Below are positions 51,791-64,000 of a DNA stretch of 64,000 bases, piece by piece; positions within the stretch are counted from its first letter, which is position 1; each line of letters opens with the position of its first letter. The notes under the pieces are model-generated. The model saw only the letters and a list, made by a program, of their open reading frames with translations. It did no database searches and was not told where the DNA came from. Location of the stretch: positions 117,614,001 through 117,678,000 of the forward strand of contig OX597816.1 of NCBI GenBank assembly GCA_951406725.2, read 5' to 3'. The DNA is from Octopus vulgaris. Lineage: Eukaryota. Both the position numbers and the translations under genes were made by a program.

Positions 51791-53643
51791 ACCTAAGTAT
51801 GTTTTATTGGGCATGGATTTGCCAAAATTTTTTCTAGAATTGTAGTCTCCAATGTTTAAGATATAGGAAATTCAAAGAAATTTTCTAAAAAAAGTTGAAA
51901 TAAACACACACACACACAAACACACACACACATACACACACACACACACACACACGAATGTATGAATATGTGTATGTGTGTGTGGATGTGTATATATGTA
52001 TAGAAGTATGTGTTTATCTTTACTTGCAAAATTTTCGTTTGTAGTTATTCTCTAACACAACCCGTTACTTTCTAAAAACGTTATCGATTTACTTTTTATG
52101 AATTTGATTTGACAGCTCTGATCCTAGATATATAAAAATCCAGGATTGACATGGATGGAACGGATTTGAGCATAGATTTGCGGGATCACACCCAGGCTCG
52201 GTTCTAAACAAGAATTTTATGAACACAGATGGAGTTTTAACATGTCAAAGAGAGACCTTTCATGCGGTTGCTCGAACTAGAAATAGCAGTCGAATATTCC
52301 CTAGATTCACATCCTAGCGTATTGAAATATGAAGGCAGCATAGAGTAATCCCGAGTACATTATACATGTAAAGAAAATGGCGGGATAATTACGGTGTGAG
52401 TGAATTTGATTATAGCCCGATTAATCAGGCCTGACTTCGAGCTAAACAATAACAATCATAAAAACAACATAAGAATAAGCATAATTTCATATGGCTTCAT
52501 CAATAAATCCGTAACTTGATTTGTTTCAATATATTCAATATATTAGATTTCTCTAAGCCTCTGATAAACATAACAATTTCGTGATCCCATTGGAATACTT
52601 CCTCGTCGACAACCCTTTGTGCAATGGAGGATTTGGATACAGCAGTACAAAATTATATAGTTTTCACCTATTTTGTAGTGTTGTAGAATTAACAGTGTTA
52701 GACTATATTTGCAGCCAGCATCTAGATGACCACAGCCCATCTAGCTACCAAGGCTTGATGGGTTCTAGTAGCTAGTTAAAAGTTCTTTTGTTAAAGAAAA
52801 ATCGCATTACAAAGGTCTGGCAAGGATATGAACCACCAACCGTTCAGCCAATGATCTAATAACTTTGGTTTCTCAGATTCATTTATATGCGGAGTAATGC
52901 CATACAAAATAATACGTCGAGGAAATCTGAATTTGCAGGTTCATTTGTAGCGCAAATAGTACTTAAAAATAAGCGGTGTCGACAGTTTCAGTTTCAACAG
53001 AAAGGACAGTGAAGCGGGGAGATATATGTGAAGTGAATCACTTGGAATATGAAACAGCACTGGAAATATGATTTTTTTGAGATCACCACTATACTACAGC
53101 GCAAATAAAGCGCTTCATATAAAAATTGCGAGAAGAGAGACAGCACTGAAAATCATTACAGGGCCTTCCAGACTAGTGAGTTGGTTGATGTTCACTTTGA
53201 ACCTCAGGAAGTAATATTCCTCCCCACTAAGGACAATATAGAAGATAGTGTGTTCCAGAATAAAGTTCTAAAAATAAGAGTATCGAAACAATATTTAGTG
53301 TGCTTTGAGAAGTGAGGAACAGTAGGGTGGCAACAGCCACTATTTCAGGGAAAAAAGGAAATGGTATATAGTGGTATTTATGTCCATCTCGAGTGCATTA
53401 GTGGACGTAAGTGGAGTAAAAATGTTTTGACTTAGAATCATCAATTGACCGTCAGCTCAGTTTACAAGACCGTCTCCTACTATATGATGCACGTCACAAT
53501 AATAAATGCTAAAAATTGCGACATTATGTATAAAGAAAGGCTAATAACTTTGCCGTCTAATGTTACATGTGTTGCATAATCAAAATGTTGGCCATTCTAT
53601 TATTGAAAACCTTGCAACAGAGAAGATAGAAAGAGAGAAAGAC

Positions 53644-53696
<53 letters not shown>

Positions 53697-53868
53697 AAGA
53701 AAGCAAGAAAGAAAGAAAGAGAGAGAGGCAGCTAAATAATGACAACACATTTTCTCATTATAAGGATGAAATTATTGACGACAATCACACCTACAATTAA
53801 TGTTCCAGAGAGCGTGGAGAATGTCATGTTCTGTCTTGCTACGAACTTTAAAGTCGTTAAAGGTAGAG

Positions 53869-53963
<95 letters not shown>

Positions 53964-54333
53964 GTGATATACTATTGACGTAAGCTGTATTGAAGTTATC
54001 CTGTAGAAAGAAATTATATTCTATGTAAAAGGATCATGCTTATCCATTATAAAGCAATTACTGAACAACATTGATTATAGATTGTAACGAAATATCCAGG
54101 TGTTAATGAGAGAGAAAATGTAGTAGATTAGAAGGAAATATTGTAAACATCAAGCTGGTGTAAAAACTAGTATTCACGTAGGCATCAGGTATGGAGTCAA
54201 CGACAACGCTGACATTGGCATCAACCTAACTAAATTTATTCTTCGAAATTGTGCTCGATGAATATATATATATATATGATTGATTCGATTGATTCTAGTT
54301 TCAGCTCACGAGCTGTGGCCATGCTGGGGCACC

Positions 54334-54389
<56 letters not shown>

Positions 54390-54400
<11 letters not shown>

Positions 54401-54820
54401 AATTAGAGACAAAACCACTATTATGCAAATCAAACAAAGAAAGACTTAATCCAATACATAAATTAATTTATATAATTTAAAATTTAACAATTATTAATAT
54501 CCACTACGATCGTTTCATGTCTTCTTTTCATCACATCTTTGAACATAGTTTAAACTCGCCAAGAATATTTGAAACCACCTGAAGAATGTCTACTACTCAA
54601 AGATGTGATGAAAAGAAGACATGAAACGATCGTAGTGGATATTAATAATTGTTAAATTTTAAATTATATAAATTAATTTATGTATTGGATTAAGTCTTTC
54701 TTTGTTTGATTTGCATAATAGTGGTTTTGTCTCTAATTTATATAATATAATATTTTACTATAAATTGGATTCAGTCCTAAATCTGATTTTTCCCTGTAAG
54801 TTTGGATTTATTCCCTAATA
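54390..54820. mobile_element. Inverted-repeat PLE pLTR-type insertion in (TA)n: arms 54390-54542 and 54597-54749, 54-nt spacer, one-sided 3' extension to about 54820
   Basis: The 153-bp arms are reverse complements with no mismatch noticed; an HHR spans the spacer and right arm; (TA)n lies on both flanks. Confidence 0.85.
54575..54638 (+). ncRNA. Type I hammerhead ribozyme with canonical core
   Basis: CCAC-CUGAAGA-AUGUCU(25-nt loop)AGACAU-GAAA-CGAUCG-UA/GUGG; all conserved core nucleotides present; palindromic helix III ACGAUCGU. Confidence 0.85.
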
Positions 54821-54838
54821 TATATATATATATATATA

Positions 54839-54994
54839 ATATTCTAACGTGTATAAAGAGACCCTTAATTTTTGTGGATTAAAATTTGGAAAAACGGTTT
54901 TGTAAGGAATTATAATATTATCCATGTATAAGAAACTCCCATATTTTTTAACCTAATTTTTGACAAAAAAGGTTCCTTATACACGTTAAAATAC

Positions 54995-54996
<2 letters not shown>
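54839..54996. mobile_element. Short MITE, probably pogo/Tc1-mariner type
   Basis: Left tattctaacgtgtataa versus right ttatacacgttaaaatacgg|ta; TA context. Confidence 0.6.
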
Positions 54997-55091
<95 letters not shown>

Positions 55092-55348
55092 ATAATAAGT
55101 TAAAAACATGATGAATGCACAAACGGAAACAGACGCCAAATCCTCATCAGCTATCGGCCAGAGGGTTAAACGCAATTTCGTGCCTTCAACGATAATATTG
55201 TTCCCCTTCTGGTGGTGTGGCAGTAAGAAGCCATATATATATTTCGTTTTTGTATATGAAAAAATAAACAAGTAAATGAATGGAAATCAAACCGGTGACT
55301 ATTATTAAATAATAAGGGACTAAAAGAGAATGACTCTCCTCAGACACA

Positions 55349-55379
<31 letters not shown>

Positions 55380-55380
55380 T

Positions 55381-55423
<43 letters not shown>

Positions 55424-55495
55424 ACATACACACACATACGCATATAGACACCATAGGGTTGGTGTAATGTGATTAATTTGTGGTTTTATAGCATA

Positions 55496-56384
55496 CAAAT
55501 TCTTATCAATAAGTATCCGGACTGTTGCTATAGAAACGAAGTTAAAGCATCCAGAGTGAAGCCGCTTGGCACAGATTGACCTTGAAATCTGCTGTGCATG
55601 TGCAATAAGTTTTAACGTTCTAGCTTACTTCCGCTGTTTACAATAGTGCTTGGAAGGAAGGCGTGTAGCATGTGATCATCGCATTGACCATGACAGAGAA
55701 AGTTGTCATGGCGATACCTACTCAGAGGCAAAGTTGCAGAAATTTTATGGAGAGGAGTGTATGAACCGCACACAAGTGTATGAGTGGTTCAGATGTTTCC
55801 AAGATGGCCGAAAAATGTCGACATTGACGAACATTCTGGGAAACCCGCAACCTGCAGAAATGAGAAAAACTTCGCAGATGTGCGTGCAGCTGTGAGGGGA
55901 AATCGTCGAATCACTATCCGTGAGTTATCAGAGGATGTACGGATTAGTTATGGTTCAGTTCAGTCCATTATCATTGACGATTTGGTTATGAGACGCGTAT
56001 CTGCCAAGCTTGTGCCAAAACTGCTTTCAGCTGACCAAAATAACATTCGATTTTCAGCTGCACAAGATCTCCTTGATTGTGTCGAGAACGATGAATTTTT
56101 TTTTGAAAACTTTGCGTAGGTCTCTGAGCAAGTACTGCCACGCTTTTGGCAAAATTTGATGCATGTTCTCTGCTCAACTTTTTCTGTCATGGTCACTACG
56201 ACGATCACACGCTACACACCTTCTTTCCAAGCACTGCTGTAAACAGCAGAAGTAAGCTAGAACGATAAAACTTAGTGCGCATGCACTGCAGAATTTAAAG
56301 TCAATCTGTGCCAAGCGGCTTTACTCTGGGTGCTTTAACTTCGTTACTATGGCAACACTCCAGATACTTATTGATCAGAACACG
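55496..56384. mobile_element. Palindromic mariner derivative made of two inverted 5' ends, with the N-terminal transposase HTH region
   Basis: TA flanks; ~210-bp inverted arms running into MTEKV; fragments MTEKVEQRTCIKFC, RTQVYEWFRCFQDGR and NRRITIRELSEDVRISYGSVQSII..L.MRRVSAKLVPKLL; no catalytic domain. Confidence 0.88.
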
Positions 56385-56833
56385 TAGACATACACTTTAA
56401 ATGTGAGCATATCAAAACTATTGTGAGCATTAAAGTACATAGTAATAAATTATATAGCACTAGCTACTTACACTCATATACCACTCTGTATTATACTAAC
56501 AATCCAAAGAAAATGCGTCCTTGATAACCTGCTAGATATAGCAGTCGAATCTTCTTGAAATCATAGCCTATCATTTTAAAATATGCAGGATACTTTCCAG
56601 ATACAATATATCTGAAAGTGGTTGCGTTAGCTGGAATGTCTTTGATGATAAACCTGTTCAATTAGAAATGATCTCCGAACAAACATCTCGATGATCATCA
56701 TCTTGATTATCAATAATATTTATACGCCAACTTGTTCATTTTGTACGTACGTCCTGGGGTGTGTGTCACGCATACTTCAAAAGAAGGAGTGGCAAAGCGA
56801 GAGAGAGAGAGAGAGAGAGAGGAAGTAAGAGAG

Positions 56834-56871
<38 letters not shown>

Positions 56872-57249
56872 TGTAAGAGAGAAAAAGCGAAAGAGTGAAA
56901 GAAATAGTGAATGGTGACGGCGTTCGTTTTGTGTTTTTAAATGTTTCAGAGAGAAAGTAAGAGAAAAAGAAAGTTAGAGAGAAAGAGAGGAATGAATAAG
57001 GCAGTGAGTGGTGACGGCGTTCGTTTTGTGTTTTTAAGTGTTTATCAGATCGCAAGAAAAGTAGATACGTAGGTTTAAAGAAAATGTCATACATAGATGA
57101 ATATACACATTGTTAAATTAAGAGCGGGAGAGAAGAGGGACACAAAGGAAGTGAAAGAGAAAGAGAGAAAATGAGAGAGACTGTAGATACATAGACACAA
57201 CGAATATTGGATGTCACTTTCATTTTTCATTACAACACGATGATAAAAT

Positions 57250-57797
57250 TAACTCGCAAGTGGCTGAGTACTCCACAGACATGCATATCATTAACGTAGT
57301 TCTCAGGGAGATTCAGTCTCGCGCAGACTTTTGTTATCAAACTGAGCGTGAGTCGAGGGCGAATACACGACGGAATAGCAATTATTTCGTCTTGTCTTTC
57401 ACTGCTCATACTAAACATGGCATTTTTGCCTTACGATATGGAACATTTCCTTTCCTTTCATTCTTTTTGGAAACAGCATTCCATCGGTTACGGCGAAGAG
57501 GTTCCTGTTTACCTGATCAACGAACAGTCTGCTCGTAAAATTAACGCGCAAGTGGCCGAGTACTCCACAGACATGTATACCATAAGGTAGTTCTCCGGGA
57601 GATTCAGCCTCACACAGAATGTGACAAGGCTGACCCCTTTGAATTACAGTTACAACTCATTTTTGTCAACTGAGTGGACTGTGGCAAGGTGAAGTAGAGT
57701 ACCTTACTCAAAAACACAGCGAGCCGCAGGGAATCGTACTCATGACTTTACGATCGTGGGCCGAATAGCTCTGATCTCTGAGCCACGCACCTTCACT
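57250..57797 (-). mobile_element. SINE family E: one full copy (about 57475-57797) and one diverged partial copy (about 57250-57420)
   Basis: Minus-strand tRNA-like head gtgaaggtgcgtggctcag; shared segment caagtgg.cgagtactccacagacatg...gagattcag at about 57257 and 57549. Confidence 0.7.
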
Positions 57798-58317
57798 CTC
57801 TTAACCGTGGAGAAAAGGAGTGCAGTGATAGTGAAAGAGAAAGGAAAGCCTCAGTCATTTACAATGACAATCAGACTGAAAATACTATCGATCTTTTCTA
57901 GTTTCTTTACTTTTAACAATGAAAAAGAGAGAAAGACATTTAGTAATGAATAGAGGGAAAGTCTTTCAGATGTTTACATTTTTATTCTGGGAGTTTTAGG
58001 ACGATCGACTTTTAGTTCTTTCTTCTTTACCCCATCCCGGCTGCTTATTCGCCTTCTTTCATAGTTCTTCATGCCTTTTAGTTGGGTGGGGAGGGGGGAA
58101 GACCATATTTTTTTTCAGGCACGTTTAACGTTTTCCCTACAAACTACAAACGAGCCCCACTCCCTTCCTTTTTTTTCGTACAAAAACTAATGCAAATTTC
58201 GAACGGGATATTCCTGTGAAAAGAGTCCAGAAAATTGAATAATATCCACTACAAAATGGGTGGTGGAGAAATGTTGCCAAGAGGTGGCTACACGAAATTC
58301 AACTCTATACTTTAAAG

Positions 58318-58622
58318 AGTGTCTTCTAATATAGCCACGGGCCGACCAAAGCCTCGTGAGTGAATTTGGTAGACGGAAACTGAAAGAAGCCCGTCACACA
58401 CACATATTTATGTGTGTGTATTTGCGTATGTGTTTGTCCTCCCCACCATTATTTGATAACCGATGTTGGTGTGTTTGCGTCCCCGTAACCTAGCTGTTCG
58501 GCAGAAGAGACTGATAGAATAAGCACCAAGCTTACAAGGAATAAGTCCAGGGGTCGATTTCTTCGACTAAAGGACGGTGCTCCAACATGGCCACCGTCAA
58601 ATGACTGAAACAAGTAAAAAAA
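58318..58622 (+). mobile_element. SINE family B, 5'-truncated
   Basis: gggccgaccaaagcc..gtagacggaaactgaaagaagcccgtc...aaatgactgaaacaagtaaaa. Confidence 0.85.
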
Positions 58623-58769
58623 TACCAGAAGAACGTTCCGTTCGACTAAACCAAGAAGGTTCTTTGAATATGTACGATGTATTTTAAGGCTAAATTGTAA
58701 TTCTGTTTACGTCTGCGTAACTGAGATATTTTGGATGGATTATATAGTTTCGGTTTTACGAATCTAAGT

Positions 58770-58985
58770 AAAAAAAAGTCACAGTAATAAAGTCACAGGG
58801 GTTTTGTTCGGGGGTGGTGTTGTCGGGGGAGGGGGATCCCATAAATCAGTTGTGACTGTTTTTCCTGTGACTTTATTACTGGCCACCATAACTTAATTGT
58901 GACTTTTTTCTTGTGACTTTTTTCCTAACCAAAATTGACTTTATTACTGTGACTTTTTTTCCCGTGACTTCATTACTGGCCACCG
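58770..58985. repeat. Cluster of short gtgacttt/aaagtcac motifs in both orientations (DNA-transposon subterminal-repeat-like)
   Basis: aaaaaaagtcacagtaataaagtca at about 58771 is the reverse complement of tgactttattactgtgacttttttt at about 58936; gtgactt.attactggccacc occurs twice. Confidence 0.6.
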
Positions 58986-59916
58986 GATTTACACTTCTTT
59001 CTATATTCTGTAATTATCACAATATAGAAACATTTCTGATGGCACCAGCACACGATTTACAGATGCTTACGTTTTTTATGTCTCCCGTTAATTTTTCACA
59101 GGTCCAGCTGGTCATGAGGATAACGATGACGATTGTCTGTAGCAATGATTGTGATACTTCACTCGGGGCGTGAAAATTTGAAGCTTTTAAATTATATTCT
59201 TGTTGGATTCTCACGTGTATTGTAGTTCTTGAATAAATGCTTAGATAAGCAGTTTACTTTTTAATATGGTTGTGAAACTAGGAGGTTGGATAAAATATTA
59301 CTTGAAATTTCAAAATATATTTATAAAAACTAAGATAATAAAATGAAATTAAAAGTTACTTTAACTTTAATGAATTTTTTGTTTGCTGAGATGGAGAAGA
59401 CAGTTGCTTTATGGGAGGTATATAGCGTATTTTAATGTTCCACAAGCAGCACTCTGTAACAATCCATTCGGTTTATTTCGCTCGTTTTTTTAAAAATATT
59501 ATTTAATGATAAGAACAATAATAGAAAATGGTTAGCTTTTGCAAGATTTTTAAGAACTGTCTGCACTTTCAATTATTATGTTTTCACGATTACTTCTACA
59601 AGCTGACGTATTATAATAAATTTTTACTTCCACATAGGGCTAGATTGGAAGTGGACTTGCAATATTTCCAGATGTCCTAAGTCCGATCGCACAAACTCAT
59701 CTAAGTTTAGATCCATGAAATTTGCTTAATCAGGATACTTTATAAATTGCATTGTTTTTTTCAGAACTGACACGTATAAGAAAACCGCTCAGTCACAGTC
59801 CTTAGAACTTCAATAAATACTTTTGCATGATTATTAAATGCTTTCTTCAAAAAGTTTGTTATCTCTTGTGAATTACTTGAAGCGTTTCCTTTCTAAATCA
59901 TGTCTCAACACTCTTA

Positions 59917-60726
59917 CGAGGGTCAGCTGAAAAGTTCATAGGCTGGCTAAGAAGGAGTTATCATACAGTAATTAAACTTGGCATGCATTAAATTCAACCT
60001 TTCCTGATGCTAAATGCATTTTTCTTTCCAGATAAACCCACATTGAATACAGAATTGAGGACTTGGAAAAGTGGTACTAGAGACATTTCATGAAAATGGA
60101 TAAAATTTGACAATGTGGTGTTATCAAATATCTGAAAAAAAAAGGGGTTAACCCCCAAGGACATTCATGCTGACATAGTTTCTACATTAGTGGATGATGC
60201 TCCAGTTTTATAAACAGTGCAGAAGTGGACCTCCGAATTTAAGAGGGGTAGGGAGAGTCTTGAAGATAACTCAAAGTACGGACGTCCTGCCACAGCCACC
60301 ACCCATGAAAACATCGACCGTGTTCACCACATGGTGATGGATGACAGACGTTTAAATGTTGATTAAACGAAAGGGGCCTTACTTCACCAGGACAATGCTC
60401 CTGCACACAAGTCTGTGGTTGCAATGGTTGCTGTGCATGACTGTAGCTTTGAATTGGTTGCTTACCCTCCATACTCTCCTGATTTGGCACCATGAAGAAA
60501 CACTTGGCTGGGAAGCAATATCAGACCGATGATGAGGTCATATCTGCTGTTGAGGACTTTTTGTGGGGCAGGAGGAGAGCTTCTATACCATGGGAATCCA
60601 AGGGCTGCAACACCGATGGAAGAAGGGTATGGACCGCAGGGGAGACTACGTAGAAAAATAAAACACATTTGATCGAGTTCGACCACTGCATCGTGATCAG
60701 CCTATGAACTTTTCAGCTCACCCTCG
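59917..60726 (+). mobile_element. Internally deleted mariner (irritans-like) transposon
   Basis: TA-flanked TIRs cgagggtcagctgaaaagttcataggctg / cagcctatgaacttttcagctcaccctcg; relic reads VIKYLKKKGLTPKDIH, KWTSEFKRGRESLED, LLHQDNAPAH, YPPYSPDLAP and RGDYVEK*. Confidence 0.92.
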
Positions 60727-60899
60727 TACACAGGTCAGATACCACATGAATAGATATAATCGAATCTAGCAGTTTAATATTAGATTAATTCAGACATAAT
60801 AGAAAATCTGTAAAACACGTTAGTTTACTTGACCTAACAAAATCATTTAACTGTAAAACACCATGCTTTATGTTTTACATACCTAAAAACAGTTTACTT

Positions 60900-61880
60900 G
60901 GACTCTACTCAACATTCAACAAATCGCTCAAGTACTTGGCCACAGTTCAAATACCGTACATTATTGTAGATTGATAAATCGTTGTTAGCAGATTAAACTT
61001 CCTTTGAAAGTAAATTAAATTTCCGCTTATGCAAAAATTGTTGCAACTCTCATCACATCATTGAATCTTTAACGCTTGCTTTCCCTAAAACAAGAATTCC
61101 TTCATGTATAGTACAATGGCAAGAAAGAAAAAAAGTGCCTACTGCTTCAGTAAATTACTTTGCAAACACCTTTCGGTCTACCGTATTAGTGGCATCAACA
61201 GACGTTGCTGAAACTATTAAAAAATATATACGTATATGCCTTTCACGAAATATTGCAACAACAAAGTCATTTGTGTCTTTTCCTGACGCATTTAGAAGTA
61301 GGTTCTCTAACTTAATCAACTTCTTATGAATAAAATTCCCTGAAAAATATCATAGTAATTGAACTGATGGCATAAAATCAATGTTATTTTCAAGATAAAC
61401 AGAAATGTCGCAGTTATTGAAGTGTTTTTGAATTTGACTTTCTGTTACTCTTCATTTTGATGACTGACTTTAAGAGTTTTCTGTTTATTGCTAACTCATT
61501 CACACGTTTTACAATAGCGTGCTTACTACGAAAGCCGTCAATCGTGATCAGCCTATGCACACTTTACGGCAGTTTCTTTAGCAAACTCACCGTTTGCGAT
61601 CAACAATAGAGAACGAAATAATATAAATTAAAGCAGCTAAATGGAAAGATCCCGTCAAAAGTTCTTTGATTGGGAATGATTCCGCTTTGGCTACTTCGTG
61701 GTCATCAAGAGTTTTTTCTTTGATCGATTGGTGCTTGAGTTAAAAATGCCTTTTTAGATTCCAAATTTTCACACAACTAGCTCCTCTCAAAACATACCGA
61801 TAATTTTATTACCCTTACCAACATTGCCCTATTGTTCAGTTCGCCAGTCTTAATAAATTTCATATTAGTAGTTGATGCCA
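60900..61880 (-). pseudogene. Heavily decayed hAT (Charlie/GTF2IRD2-like) transposase
   Basis: Ordered minus-strand fragments WNLKRHF*LKH, GEFAKE, IVKRVNELA, CHCTIHE and DLSIYNNVRYLNCGQVLERFVEC correspond to the hAT motifs NLKRHF..KH, HCIIHQ and VRWLS.G.VLERF. Confidence 0.7.
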
Positions 61881-62981
61881 TTATGATTATGTTCAGTAAA
61901 TAAGAAAACAACAGTGACAAAGCATGAATTAAAATCATGCGCTTCTAATATCGCGTTAGCATCCGTGTGAGCTATTGATGAATTGCTAATCCAGTAACTG
62001 GGGTTGAATTATAAACAGAAATAACATTAAATATTACTGAAAAATATAATTTTGGGGACTATTACACTTTTAAAATTCCTAAGATTTTTGTAATTAGATA
62101 TAGCAGAAAGAATTTTTCGAAAGTCCATTGGCTCTCATCCTCAATGAAAATCTGCGTCCTGTTATTACTGACACTCGTGCCAGCGGTCATGTCATCGTTT
62201 GAGTCGGTCCATATAGTTTCACTTGCATCTTTATTACTCTTTATAGACACCCTTGAAAGTTTTTGTTTCAGGGTCTATCCGAGGACGCTATACGAACTTG
62301 TAAGGACTCGATTATGAAAAGGATAGATTATTCATTGAAAGAAGCTACTGTGTTGTCATCAGTTATGAGCAATTTTTCCGTATACAGAGCCTAAAAACAT
62401 TTTGATTCTATGAAATTTCGGGTTGGAGCGGGCAATTAAAGAAAGTAGAAAGGGAACAAAATAGTGGTTAAAACAACAACAACAACTACAACAACTCCAA
62501 CAACTCGAAAGCTGCTCGTAAGATAATTATCGGTTTGTAGTAATGAAACCTTTCTTTGAATATTTAGTTAGTAGAAAGAAGCTTGAAAAAAAAGAAAAGC
62601 ATATATAATCACCTGTATTTGTAAAAGGTTAAATGTTTTTCTGACATATAACCTTTACGAAATAATGTTTTCGGCTGGAGAATTCTTTTTATGAATTAGG
62701 TTCATAGAATACATGAATAGTTGGTTACAATTAAACGTTATTGTTTATCATATAAACTACAGCACTTACAATGATTTTAGGTTCTTGTCTTTGGGAAGAA
62801 AATTATGCAAACGGCCGGATAAAGAACAAAGCATAGCTTAGCAAATTTGCCTTATAATTAGAAATATACTGAAATAATTGTAATTGTACTTATTTCTCCC
62901 TAAGAATTTCCATCAAAAGTTCAAGAAAAGCTATCATTTGAAAACGAATAAAAATAAAGACGACATCGGAAATGTCAAATG

Positions 62982-63034
<53 letters not shown>

Positions 63035-63095
63035 CACACACACATATGTACATATATACACACACATATATATACCTACACATATAGACATGCAT

Positions 63096-63409
63096 GGCGT
63101 ATGGCTCAGTAGTTAGAGCGTCGAACTTACGACCGTAAGGTTGGGAGTTCGAATTCCGGACCGGGCTGTGTGTTGTGTTCTTGAGCAAGACACTTTATTT
63201 CACGTTGCTCCGGATTACTCAGCAGTAGAAATGAGTTGCGACGTCACAGGTGCCAAGCTGTATCGGCCTTTTGTCTTTCCCTTGGATTACATTAGTGGCG
63301 TGGAGAGGGGACTGCTAGTCTTCCATAAACAGCCTTGCCCGGACTTGTACCTCGGAGGGTAACTTTCTAGGTGCAATCCCATGATCATTAGTGACCGAGG
63401 GGGATCTCC
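63096..63409 (+). mobile_element. SINE family D
   Basis: Colinear with 50661-50996; B box gagttcgaattcc. Confidence 0.85.
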
Positions 63410-63553
63410 GACATATGTACATGTTTATATGTATAGACATATATGCATTTATATGTATATGTATATATGTGTGTAAGAATATATATACATATATATATAT
63501 ATGCATATATATATCAGTATACATAATATATATATATATATATATATATAATA

Positions 63554-63598
<45 letters not shown>

Positions 63599-64000
63599 AT
63601 GCATCATACATATGTGTGTGTGTGTGTGTGTGTGTGAATTGTGATTTCATAGAATCAAAGCTATGCTAATAACAAGTCGTTGGAATTCAGTATCCTTGTG
63701 CATTACATCAACGCTTCTGAACGTATGCGGTACTGCCCCAAGGGAGCACTGGGCATGTTAAGGTGGGTGTTAGGCTTTAGGGGACAGAGAGGGGGCGGGG
63801 AGGTAACATGATTAACATATTAGATTCTATCTATAGTAGTAATTATATTATGCGGCATAAAACTAGTAATGGTCATTAAAATAAAATGAGATCTCAGACA
63901 CAGGGAAATCATTAACTTCCGATGTATTAAGTAAATTTACAACTTTTGTCTTTATTACTTTTTCATTATTTCACTGTTAAAAGCTTATACAATCCATACT

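Noticed and set aside
5847-63669. Dozens of short ORFs rich in YI, HT, VC, ER or MYVC repeats
   Set aside because: They are translations of (TA)n, (CA)n, (GA)n and (ATGT)n microsatellites, not proteins.

Overview
AT-rich, microsatellite-dense animal genomic DNA. The SINE families and repeat landscape suggest an octopus or other coleoid cephalopod (inference from pattern recognition, no database search). The only credible host coding sequence is the 3' end of a large acidic, low-complexity ORF (<2-1891, +). The rest is intergenic or intronic and is filled with tRNA-headed SINEs, LINE relics (RTE, CR1, Tx1/L1), Penelope-like retroelement (PLE) relics, mariner, hAT, Helitron and other DNA-transposon derivatives, and simple repeats. 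The most notable signal is a set of type I hammerhead ribozyme (HHR) motifs in non-coding PLE-type terminal repeats inserted in or next to (TA)n tracts. They are: a near-perfect 1.24-kb palindrome with two U3-A8 hammerheads (18968-20209), nested in an older inverted repeat fused to a Penelope RT/GIY-YIG relic; a 360-bp inverted repeat with a canonical hammerhead (54390-54749); and a 479-nt retrozyme-like unit with 64-bp direct repeats and a minus-strand hammerhead (11418-11960). Almost all short ORFs in the track are microsatellite translation artefacts. Repeat boundaries were read by eye and may be off by a few bases.
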